This document shows positions 48,755-57,301 of a stretch of 64,000 nt of DNA, piece by piece. The first letter of the stretch is position 1. Every line of letters begins with the position of its first letter. The stretch is from Candidatus Latescibacterota bacterium (GTDB lineage: Bacteria; Latescibacterota; CBDEFO01): positions 1,216,001 through 1,280,000 of the forward strand of contig OZ252149.1 of assembly GCA_965248755.1 (NCBI GenBank). Reading direction: 5' to 3'. Below the pieces are notes generated by a model, which did no database searches, was not told where the DNA came from, and was given only the letters and a program-made list of their open reading frames with translations. Made by a program: the position numbers and the translations under genes.

Positions 48755-49875
48755 AAACAGATAAAGGCAGGCTCATTGCATTATCTATTGCCACATTTGT
48801 GTGGTGTTTGTTCTTGTCTAGCTATTCTGTGAGAGCACAGTCCTCTGGGGAAGCGTCTATTTCAACAGAACAAACGATAGACCCGAATGTCTCGACTATC
48901 TTCCTCGGAGAAAAAGAGGATGACCCACACGAGTCCTTTCACAAACCTTCAGCCATAAAGATCGATGGGGAGGGCAACATTTATGTCCTGGACCAAGGGA
49001 ACAGAAGAATAGTGAAATTTGATGCAGCAGGGGCATTCGTGCGGGAAATCGGAGGAGCAGGGACAGGCCCTGGCGAGTTTTCTAATCCCATCGATCTGAC
49101 CTTGGACAAGGAAGGTAATATCTACGTAGTTGATCTTCCCCGTGGGAGATCTAATAAGCTTGTAATTATAGGAAGAAACGGAGAACATCTAAATAGTTTC
49201 GATATTGGCACGACTTACAAACTATGTGGATCACGAATTGCAGTTAATGATCAGGGCTTGATTTATCTGAACCTTCCGCTGGAAGGAACCTTGTTCTCAG
49301 TGTTCACAAAAGAAGGCCGGAAGGTTGCCTCATTCGGGGAAGTTACCCAATACGAGACAATGATAGAAAACGTAATATCCGAGTCAACGGCGGGTAACCT
49401 ACTATTTAACTCTGTTCTCTTCTGTCTCGACAATAGGGGTTTCGTGAATACTCTGGATTTAACCAGGCCTATCTTAAGACAATACGATACAAATCACAAT
49501 TTAGTTTTTGAGAAGGAGATTAAGAGTCCTGAAATTGCAAAGATTACTTCGAATCTGGAAAGGTCGTTACAAAGGCAAGGAATAAAACGAGAAGAAATAG
49601 TTGAAGGCACAGTATCATCTTTTATGCCATATTTCGAAGATGTTGCGTTGACACCTGAAGGAGACATTCTTGTGTTGTTGACAACTTGGTCTAGATTTCA
49701 TCTTATTAATCTTGAAGGAAACTTAAAGAGAAGAATCAAACCGGTCCCGATGGGACAATATGAACCTAAGAGGGCTTTCGTACGAAGAATGACAATTGAT
49801 ACGGAGGGAAATGTTTATGCAATGAATATTATTAACGGGCTAGTTTTCAAATATCATGAATTTCTCAGACAGTAG
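48751..49875 (+). CDS. Secreted 6-bladed beta-propeller (NHL repeat) protein
   Basis: Signal peptide; DGEGNIYVLD, GTGPGEFSNP and DKEGNIYVVD repeats. Confidence 0.88.
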   Translation: MKTDKGRLIALSIATFVWCLFLSSYSVRAQSSGEASISTEQTIDPNVSTIFLGEKEDDPHESFHKPSAIKIDGEGNIYVLDQGNRRIVKFDAAGAFVREIGGAGTGPGEFSNPIDLTLDKEGNIYVVDLPRGRSNKLVIIGRNGEHLNSFDIGTTYKLCGSRIAVNDQGLIYLNLPLEGTLFSVFTKEGRKVASFGEVTQYETMIENVISESTAGNLLFNSVLFCLDNRGFVNTLDLTRPILRQYDTNHNLVFEKEIKSPEIAKITSNLERSLQRQGIKREEIVEGTVSSFMPYFEDVALTPEGDILVLLTTWSRFHLINLEGNLKRRIKPVPMGQYEPKRAFVRRMTIDTEGNVYAMNIINGLVFKYHEFLRQ

Positions 49876-49988
49876 CTTGAAAACTAGCCCTTTCCGCGCA
49901 GATTGGATGTTAACACATCATTTCTTGGGTAAAACTAACTGTAACTATGGTTACAACATAGTGAAGTGCTCTTGGAGGTGATCCAGGT

Positions 49989-50345
49989 ATGAAGCAAGCG
50001 ATTCTTGTCTTAGCAACTGTGCTAACACTAGTAACAGTGACTGTGATCAGCTACTATTCCCATTCCTATGCTACGGGTCCTCCGTCTTACGACCCACCAC
50101 TATCGATAGCTTGTCTTCGAAAACCACCAGCTGAACCCTTTACTATATGCAAGCCTTATTTGGAATGTAACTGTGGTGACGCATGTTATGGTGAGAGTGG
50201 ATGGTGTACAGAATGTGCTGACCCTCAAGATATCTACTGGAGATGGTGTATATGTTATGATGGTGAAGAGGTATGCGGCACTCCTAAATTTGGACAGTGT
50301 GATATCTGCGTACCCACCCCGGCGAAGGTAATTCAACAACACTAG
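49989..50345 (+). CDS. Secreted Cys-rich peptide (12 Cys)
   Basis: GGAGGTG RBS, signal peptide ending SYA, mature region with 12 cysteines. Confidence 0.78.
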   Translation: MKQAILVLATVLTLVTVTVISYYSHSYATGPPSYDPPLSIACLRKPPAEPFTICKPYLECNCGDACYGESGWCTECADPQDIYWRWCICYDGEEVCGTPKFGQCDICVPTPAKVIQQH

Positions 50346-50458
50346 GCACCCTGAAGACATTGATTCATAATGCGTCTAGCTATCTGGGTCTGTCTGGTTG
50401 GGTCTGTCAGTGTTTTTGTGTAAATGGGTACCTTCCCATGTCAGCTTTTCCTACATAT

Positions 50459-50851
50459 TCAATCTCCCTTCGAAATGGATCGAAAATTGGTGAATGACCA
50501 AACTCTTATATCTCCGACGTACTCACCTCCAAACTTTACCATCATATCCTTGAGCAGGTAACGGTGGCAGAATAAATCCGCCCGGCAATAGCAGGAAAGG
50601 ATCACCTCCTCCATGTTGAGGATCTCATCCCACCTTTGACTGTTATCCTGATAACTTACTCTCATCATCTCACTGTACTCGTGAGTATATTCCTCCTCAC
50701 TCATCCTGCTTTGTTTGACTCCCATCACCATCTTCCACGTTGGAGCAAATATCCTATCCCCTGACCTCACAGTAATGTCCAGATAGCGATGATCTTTAGT
50801 AAGTCCTAACTTTCCCGCCACTGCAATCTGGACTGTGTAGATCTTCAGCAT
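50459..50851 (-). CDS. DUF488-like protein
   Basis: FAPTW, YxxxY and LSCYC...FCHR motifs. Confidence 0.7.
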   Translation of the reverse strand: MLKIYTVQIAVAGKLGLTKDHRYLDITVRSGDRIFAPTWKMVMGVKQSRMSEEEYTHEYSEMMRVSYQDNSQRWDEILNMEEVILSCYCRADLFCHRYLLKDMMVKFGGEYVGDIRVWSFTNFRSISKGD

Positions 50852-50853
50852 GA

Positions 50854-51708
50854 TTACCTCCTCCTTCTTCTCGGTTCTTCTGCCTCTGTTACAATTCTAT
50901 TGATCTTGTCCAACAAATCCTCCTCATACCAGCTTTTCCTCAACAACTCCTTAAAGCTTGGACTCTTCTCAATATTCTTTCGTATGTGCCTGAGTAAAGA
51001 CCTTGTCTTTTTCTCAGGGGGAAGGTGCTTGATATACTGGATAATTGTCTCAAAACTGTTGTAGTAGAATTTTACGGGTTGATAGTTTCGCCTCCAAACA
51101 TCAATCATCCTTTCCCCAGAATTGATCAGCTTATGCATCCATTTTGGCTCTTTAAGATACTTCCAGATATGGGCCTTCGCAACCCTCCTCCTCTTTCTGT
51201 TCATAGCACCAATATCCTGCAACAGTAAAGGATGTAGAAAGTCCTGGCACGGCCTGTCATAATCATCAATCTTCCAATAAATCTGCTTAGGCGGTGAATC
51301 ATCATAAGGACAGCTTCCATCTTCTCTCATATACTTCTCCATATCTCTAATGTCGCAAACAATGTCACAGATATTGCAGGTTTTCGGCTCGTCATATGGT
51401 TTGTGCTCATAGCATTCTGGGTCATCACTTCTGGTCATCCATACACCGTTTTGGTCAGCTAACTGCAAATCAGGAAGTTCAAATGTTTCTGTTGAAAGTC
51501 CAGACTGGTATTTCTCATATTCCTCAATCTGTAATGGACTTGGAGTATAATACTTCTGATGAAGCTTGCATTCCAGGTAAATATACGATCTTGAAGCTCT
51601 GTCATAATAATCCCGTTCATCTTCTCTCTTCACCTTAACAGGTTTTCCGTGCAAGCATGGTCCGTTTCTGTAACACCTATTCCTGTAAACATCTTTGACT
51701 TCTTTCAA
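50854..51708 (-). CDS. Cys-rich hypothetical protein
   Basis: Long ORF with an AGGTGA RBS and several Cys/His clusters. Confidence 0.7.
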   Translation of the reverse strand: MKEVKDVYRNRCYRNGPCLHGKPVKVKREDERDYYDRASRSYIYLECKLHQKYYTPSPLQIEEYEKYQSGLSTETFELPDLQLADQNGVWMTRSDDPECYEHKPYDEPKTCNICDIVCDIRDMEKYMREDGSCPYDDSPPKQIYWKIDDYDRPCQDFLHPLLLQDIGAMNRKRRRVAKAHIWKYLKEPKWMHKLINSGERMIDVWRRNYQPVKFYYNSFETIIQYIKHLPPEKKTRSLLRHIRKNIEKSPSFKELLRKSWYEEDLLDKINRIVTEAEEPRRRRR

Positions 51709-51771
51709 ACTACATCACCTGGCCTATTCCATTCCATAAAAAATCCGGACAGTAAGTTGCTAATCTTCCTT

Positions 51772-52170
51772 TCATTTTACTTTCTCTTCTATACTTATAA
51801 TCTCCAACTTGTCCAAATCTCCGTCTCGCATAAACCTGTAAGACTGAACCTGCCCATCCACCTCTTTGTTCCAGAGAGTATAAGAAATCCTTACTTTGCA
51901 CAGCCCCATTTTCTTCAAAGCTTCATTTACGTCCCAAAAGATATTTGGAATCTCGTTAATGTTCAACATCTCCTGCACTTCTCCTTTCACCGTAAATCCC
52001 TGAGCCTTCCTTTTCTCCTCTACCATTCTTCTTGGCTTGTAGGTTATCCTTCCCTCATTTGTCTGTAACACAACCCTCCTTATTTTATCCGTTTGACTTC
52101 TATCACTCTCCAGCTCAATCTCACTAATATCTAATTCCCTATTTTCCACATATTCAAATTCATCTACCAA
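51772..52170 (-). CDS. Hypothetical protein
   Basis: GGAGG RBS, TTG start, operonic. Confidence 0.7.
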   Translation of the reverse strand: MVDEFEYVENRELDISEIELESDRSQTDKIRRVVLQTNEGRITYKPRRMVEEKRKAQGFTVKGEVQEMLNINEIPNIFWDVNEALKKMGLCKVRISYTLWNKEVDGQVQSYRFMRDGDLDKLEIISIEEKVK

Positions 52171-52172
52171 TT

Positions 52173-52616
52173 TTATCCTCCAACTTTAAGATGATCAATG
52201 GCTCTTGGCTCCCCGTCCAGATAAGTAATGATTATAGCTCTTTCATTCCCATCCCTTGCAAAATATGAATACAGAATCTTCCTTTTTTTCAACAGAGCAC
52301 CTTGAGCCACCATCTTATCGATCGTCATCCGGAACGCAACCTTCTTTTGCTGAACGTGAGTCTTCCAGGAATAATCTGCTTCCTTCTCAAAATGTGAATT
52401 AGGCCTTTCGTCCAGATAAGTTACTATGACAGCTCTTTTATCAAAATCTTTTACCAGATAGCAATATAGATGCTGCCACTTCCTTAATCCTGCTGTCCTT
52501 ACTGCCCTGTTATGTATCTTAATCTTCCACGTCACACCTATCATCTCAATAGGTGAGATCCAACCAAAATATCTAAATATGGGCCTTACTATTACCATTT
52601 TATCACCTCTTTTCAC
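52173..52616 (-). CDS. Tandem AbrB/SpoVT-like repeat protein
   Basis: Two repeats (GW...KI.I...LYCYL...RAVIVTYLD), each similar to the adjacent 71-aa protein. Confidence 0.65.
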   Translation of the reverse strand: MKRGDKMVIVRPIFRYFGWISPIEMIGVTWKIKIHNRAVRTAGLRKWQHLYCYLVKDFDKRAVIVTYLDERPNSHFEKEADYSWKTHVQQKKVAFRMTIDKMVAQGALLKKRKILYSYFARDGNERAIIITYLDGEPRAIDHLKVGG

Positions 52617-52828
52617 AGCATCTTTCTTGACTTGCCATCCGGATATATTACAATTAAGGTCCTGCCATCCTTATCTTTGGCAACATAGCAGTACAGGGGC
52701 TGTCCGTGTTTCAGTCCTGCCCCCACAGCTATCAGATTGTTTATAGTAATCTTAAACGAACCTCTTCTTTCTCTAACATGGGTTTTCCATCCAAAGGTTT
52801 CAAAGTTTGGGTCAATTACTTTTGTCAT
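52613..52828 (-). CDS. Single AbrB/SpoVT-like protein
   Basis: WKTHVRERRGSFKITI...GLKHGQPLYCY; GGAGTGA RBS. Confidence 0.65.
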   Translation of the reverse strand: MTKVIDPNFETFGWKTHVRERRGSFKITINNLIAVGAGLKHGQPLYCYVAKDKDGRTLIVIYPDGKSRKML

Positions 52829-53208
52829 TTTATCACTCCTGCGTTGTATAAACTAAGAGAAAGATAATCAATAGCTTCAAAAGGCTTTCCATAGAAGTTC
52901 GATTTACAATTCCCCTGAAATTTAGGATATAAGAGCATTTTAGTACTTTTCAGATTCTTGTTCTTCAATCTCCTTGGTCATATCGTTTAATATCTTCATC
53001 CACTCCGGAAGGTGGCTGAATATCTCCTTCTCTTTTTCTGATGCCATAAAAGGAGGTGAGAGCCAGAAGTATATAACAACTTTCCACGTAGTTGGGTATG
53101 AATTGGGGCGTGAAATGGGGAGGGACAAAGAAACGATGGGTTCTTTACAAAAAGCCGGCAGGGTCAAAAGGTCAAAAACAGTAAGACTCAGAAAATGTGA
53201 ATACTAGA

Positions 53209-54420
53209 TTACACCCTTAGTCTCATTTCCCTGATCTTGTTGACAAGAATCCTCTGAACTTCAGGATCTTTCACAAGTGCGTTCATCAGTTCATCAGAAG
53301 CCTTCCGTTGCTCGTCTAAGCTCAACACAGTCTTTAGATCTATCGCCATACCACATCTATAGCAGAATTTCACTTTGGGCTGATTCAAAGCCTCACATCT
53401 GGCACATATTTTCGGCTTTCTCTTTTCCAGTTCATCTTCCTTCTTCGTGCTTATCCCATAGCTCTGCATCATCTTCTCTTTCACATCTTCATTAGCCAAA
53501 GATACGTAGTAAGAATACATATTGCTGTTGTCTGCCCAGCCAAAGAACTTGTTGGCCATAATAGTGTTCCAGTTATTCAGCACACACCATAAAGCCCGAG
53601 AATGTCTGTACAGATGCGGGTTCCAGGATTTCCTTATTCCAGCTTTTTTGAAAGACCTCTCAAATATTTTGTAGAATGTCCGGTATCTTAACGGCTTATA
53701 TTTGTGTATCCTATCCTGTCCCATGGTCACCCACAGGGGAGTCTTTGGATCGTCCTTGAAGGGGTGAAGCTTGAGCCATGTCAACAGATGTGGTGTGCTC
53801 TCAATAACAAAAACTGTCCTGCTTCCTGTCTTGCCTTTAAGATCCACAAGTGTTCCACCATCTTCAAAATGTACGCTGCCAATCGTCATAGAACCTATCT
53901 CTCCTATCCTTGCACCAGTATCCCATATCAAGGATATCAATGCCTTGTCCCTTGCATTCTCACATTCCTCCACAACCTTATGCGCTTCCTCTTCTGTTAG
54001 AAGCTCACTTCTTTTGAGTTTTGGCTTATCCTTTGACTTCATCGTTATTGGTATCCACTCAACATCAACTTTTGTGTAACCTTTCCCTATGAGCCACCTG
54101 TAGAATTTCTTCAACGCCTTGTTGTAATCCTGCTTTGTCCAGGCAGAATAAAAACCATTGTTTTGAATCGACTTCACAAACTTCTTCAGATCATTTTCAT
54201 CTGCTGATGGAAACCCCTTTTTCAATTTCATTGCAATATTCTTCACCATAGAAATTGTCTTTACAATTCTTGCTTTTCCCATTCCACTGCATTCCAGGTC
54301 ATCTATGAACTCTAAAATCAGTTCCTTACTTCTATTAGATATTTCTGCTTCAAGTAAATGTTTTCTGGCTGTCTGTTCTTTTTGTGCAAAGTTATGGATA
54401 TCTATAATTGTTTGCTTCAT
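53209..54420 (-). CDS. Archaeal-type tyrosine integrase with a C-terminal Zn ribbon
   Basis: DIHNF N-terminus, YSAWTKQDY...KKFYRWL, TGARIGE, GKTG, PHLYRHSRA, GW...Y, CARC...FCYRCG. Confidence 0.9.
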   Translation of the reverse strand: MKQTIIDIHNFAQKEQTARKHLLEAEISNRSKELILEFIDDLECSGMGKARIVKTISMVKNIAMKLKKGFPSADENDLKKFVKSIQNNGFYSAWTKQDYNKALKKFYRWLIGKGYTKVDVEWIPITMKSKDKPKLKRSELLTEEEAHKVVEECENARDKALISLIWDTGARIGEIGSMTIGSVHFEDGGTLVDLKGKTGSRTVFVIESTPHLLTWLKLHPFKDDPKTPLWVTMGQDRIHKYKPLRYRTFYKIFERSFKKAGIRKSWNPHLYRHSRALWCVLNNWNTIMANKFFGWADNSNMYSYYVSLANEDVKEKMMQSYGISTKKEDELEKRKPKICARCEALNQPKVKFCYRCGMAIDLKTVLSLDEQRKASDELMNALVKDPEVQRILVNKIREMRLRV

Positions 54421-54442
54421 ACAATTGGGAAAGTATAGCTTC

Positions 54443-54450
54443 TATTTAAA
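54443..54450 (-). promoter_or_regulatory. Archaeal TATA-like box upstream of the integrase
   Basis: Minus strand TTTAAATA ends 22 nt before the ATG, with no Shine-Dalgarno, as expected for a leaderless archaeal transcript. Confidence 0.5.
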
Positions 54451-54692
54451 AGTTCCCCCTAAGTTACCCTTGAAGACAAAGAGCCACCGGAGGGCTACTG
54501 GCTTGAAGGGTAATAAAAGAGAATGAAGTTTACTCCTGTTTTAAAGGTTGTGATTCCAGGTATTTAATTCTTTCGATTTCAACTGGTCCGATGCACTGAG
54601 ATCCAGAGTAGTTTCAAGGTTTTGGAAAAAACAGGCGAAACTTTGCACCTTCATTATTATCCATCCAAATGCGCAAGACATGTTCCATCCCA

Positions 54693-56045
54693 TCACAGAT
54701 CAATCCGTTTTAAACAGACCACTTTTACTTTATCCACGATTTTCCCTTTTAAGCTTTTTTCTATATCCTCTTTAAGTCTTTTGGATACGGCAACAGATAT
54801 TACCTGTTCAAATCCAGCCTTTACACATTTTACGATATTAGAGACAGCATCAGATTTCCCGGTCTCAATCTCAATCGCTATTTTCCTTCCATCCTTGACA
54901 GCAACAACATCAACCTTCTTCCCAGCCCCAACAGAATATTCAGGATAAACTTTATAACCCTTTGCAATGTAATGCTCCATCACTTTCCTCTGCCAGAACT
55001 TATGCTCTGCCCCACCACTTCTGTTAGATGCTCTATACCCAAGCTTTTTAAGATACTCTCTCCCAAGGGCCGTGAGGTCAAACAGCTTCACCTTCCCTCT
55101 TTTAACTCTTACATACACAGGCTTGATGAATCCCCTCTCCTCCAAATCTTTTAAACACTGATTGCCAGCCCTTGGATTTACCTCTAACCTTTTATATCTC
55201 TCAATAACATAGGATTCTGGATGCTTGAAAATATCTGTCAAAAATACCTTCTCTCTCCTGCTAAGTTTATCTCTATGCCAAATCCCTGTATTTCCAGCAG
55301 CTCCAGCTGTCTTAAGACTGAAATCTGTGAAATCACTTAATGAAGATGGAACCTTCCCATCTCCCATCTTACATTCAGGAAATCTAACCAAGAAAGGCTT
55401 CAAAAATCTATCCTGAAGCTTTATGATACCCCATCCTACAGGAAGTCTGCCTATGTAATCCCTCTCCTTATCCAAGAGCATAGCATTTGCCATTGTCCTA
55501 ACATCTTCCTCAGTCTTCAAATTCATACATATAGTTGCATAGTTTGCTATAGCCGGCAGTGTCATCAAATGTGGATGCTGATCTGCTATAATACAGCCAA
55601 CTCCCAACTCCCTTATCTGTCGTAAGACTAATTCAGTTACACTTTCATAACCTATTTTATGTTTTAGAAGGAGATTATGTGCTTCTTCCAAAACGATAGA
55701 GAACCTCAAATCTTTAGAACTTCCTAATTTTAAAAAATGTCTGTAGATCCTTAAAAGTAAAGTCTGAACAAAAAAGCTTTTATCCTGTTGACTCCCTACA
55801 CTTCCGATTTCCAATACAACCTGCTTCTCTGTAAGTTTCTCAATCTCAATTGTCCTATCAGAATTCAGAACCTCGCCTGTTGATCCTGTAGTTACTTTGT
55901 ATAAAACATTTAAAGCAGATGCCTTCCAGTCCCTTTCCCTTGAAAAAGGTTGGTAATTTAAAATCCAGTTATAGATTGATTTGAAATTTATATTTTTATT
56001 CGAAGCTATCAGTTCATCCACTGCCTTTAACAACAGATACTCAGC
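54693..56045 (-). pseudogene. 5'-truncated HerA/VirB4-like ATPase with wHTH and PD-(D/E)xK nuclease domains
   Basis: Walker B IVLEEAH, RQIRELGVG, ADQHP; C-terminal EH...KVDVVA...IAIEIETG. Walker A absent because the reading frame is cut near 56045-56060. Confidence 0.78.
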
Positions 56046-56086
56046 CGCATTTGCTAACTAGCAAGTAATAGGGTTTCATGGCATCC

Positions 56087-56113
56087 CTGGATTCCCGTTT
56101 CCACGGGAATGAC
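56087..56113. repeat. REP-like palindrome
   Basis: CTGGATTCCCGTTTCCACGGGAATGAC (ATTCCC-N8-GGGAAT class). Confidence 0.7.
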
Positions 56114-56307
56114 ATTAATTCATGAAATTGTTGCGCTTCCTGAAATTGAGGGGACTTCTTTCTCATCTCCTCAAACATCTCCAGGTTTTCCACATCTTCT
56201 ATCCGCTCTAACATCTCTCTGTGCTCACGTATATGACACTTAAAATATGACAGCCCCCTGCCTGGGGACCGGTGTTATAAGCTGACCGCAGGCGGCGGAG
56301 ATATCTC

Positions 56308-56640
56308 TGAGCCGATCTATGCCGGGCACAAATCCTGCCGTGGAGACGGTTATCTTGCGAGCGCCGATCCCGAGTCCCATCTCCAGACCCATGAGCCTTA
56401 TGGCCCTGACCACGTTTTTGTAGTTCAGGAGCGGCTCTCCCATACCCATCATCACCACGTTGGTGATGCCGTCGTCTATCTGCTTATGATGTCTCCTGAC
56501 GGATATGAGCTGATCTATAATCTCTGCGGCAGAGAGGTTCCGTATCAGCCCCATCCTTGCGGTCGAACAGAAGGTGCATCCCAGAGCACACCCGACCTGA
56601 GAGGATACGCAGACCGTCCTGCGTTTCCCTTCGACGTCCT
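56308..56640 (-). pseudogene. rlmN: Internal fragment of dual-specificity RNA methyltransferase RlmN
   Basis: [30 protein letters not shown] and ITVSTAG motifs; both ends missing, boundaries approximate. Confidence 0.85.
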
Positions 56641-56741
56641 CAAGTGCATATCGAAGGACTTTCACGTTAGGATGGTCTAGACCGAGGACCTTCTTACTGA
56701 TTGTCAGTGCCCGCTTGAAGAGAGGCTGGATCTCACACCCC

Positions 56742-57301
56742 TTACCTCCCAGCAGTCCCTCTGGGCACGTTGAGGTCTAGACCAAGCTGTTTTGCCACCA
56801 AAAGTTGCATGGCCGAATTGAAATTTAGAGTGGATTGATCGGTGCCACTAGCACCGCCAGAACCACCCATAACCAGCTGCGGAACCTGACGTTTTGCATA
56901 AGCATCAGCCCAAAACTTCATCACCTTTTCGTAAGTCTCAAGCTTTATCTTTAAGGAGCCGTCTGCCTTCATTATCAGCCTTTTGCGTTCGGCTTCGCCC
57001 TGGCCCAGCAGGATTTCGCGCTGCTTTTGGAGTTCTGCGGCCTGCCGCTGCAGCTTGGCTACCTCAAGCTCCTGTTGGGCTCGCAATTCGGCGACCTCTT
57101 TTTCCTGCAGGGCTTCAACCACAGCACGAATCTTCTCCTCCTCCTTTTCGTACTGGGCTTTAATGACATTGGCTTTACCTACGGCCTCTTTAGTCAGCTT
57201 TTCCTGCTCGGCCTGCTGCGCTTTGGCCCGAGCAGTAGCCACCGCCATTAATGCTTCCTGTTGAGCAGAAATCTGAGCTGAGACCTTTTTCTCGTACTTA
57301 T
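56742..57301 (-). pseudogene. C-terminal fragment of an SPFH/flotillin-like coiled-coil protein, cut by IS1380
   Basis: Ala/Glu/Gln coiled coil, GEAE, VPQLVMGG; the 5' end stops at the IS terminal repeat. Confidence 0.75.

Larger units (their letters stand above)
19780..56045. mobile_element. tRNA-Arg(CCG)-anchored integrative element / genomic island (distal end not seen)
   Basis: Integrase and excisionase directly downstream of the tRNA; switch to AT-rich accessory genes (ssb, annealase, recombinases, TA, defence-like genes). No second copy of the tRNA 3' end was found, so the right boundary is approximate. Confidence 0.75.

Noticed and set aside
19780..56045. Prophage call for the island
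   Set aside because: No terminase, portal, capsid, tail or lysis genes recognised; only int/xis/ssb-type genes.
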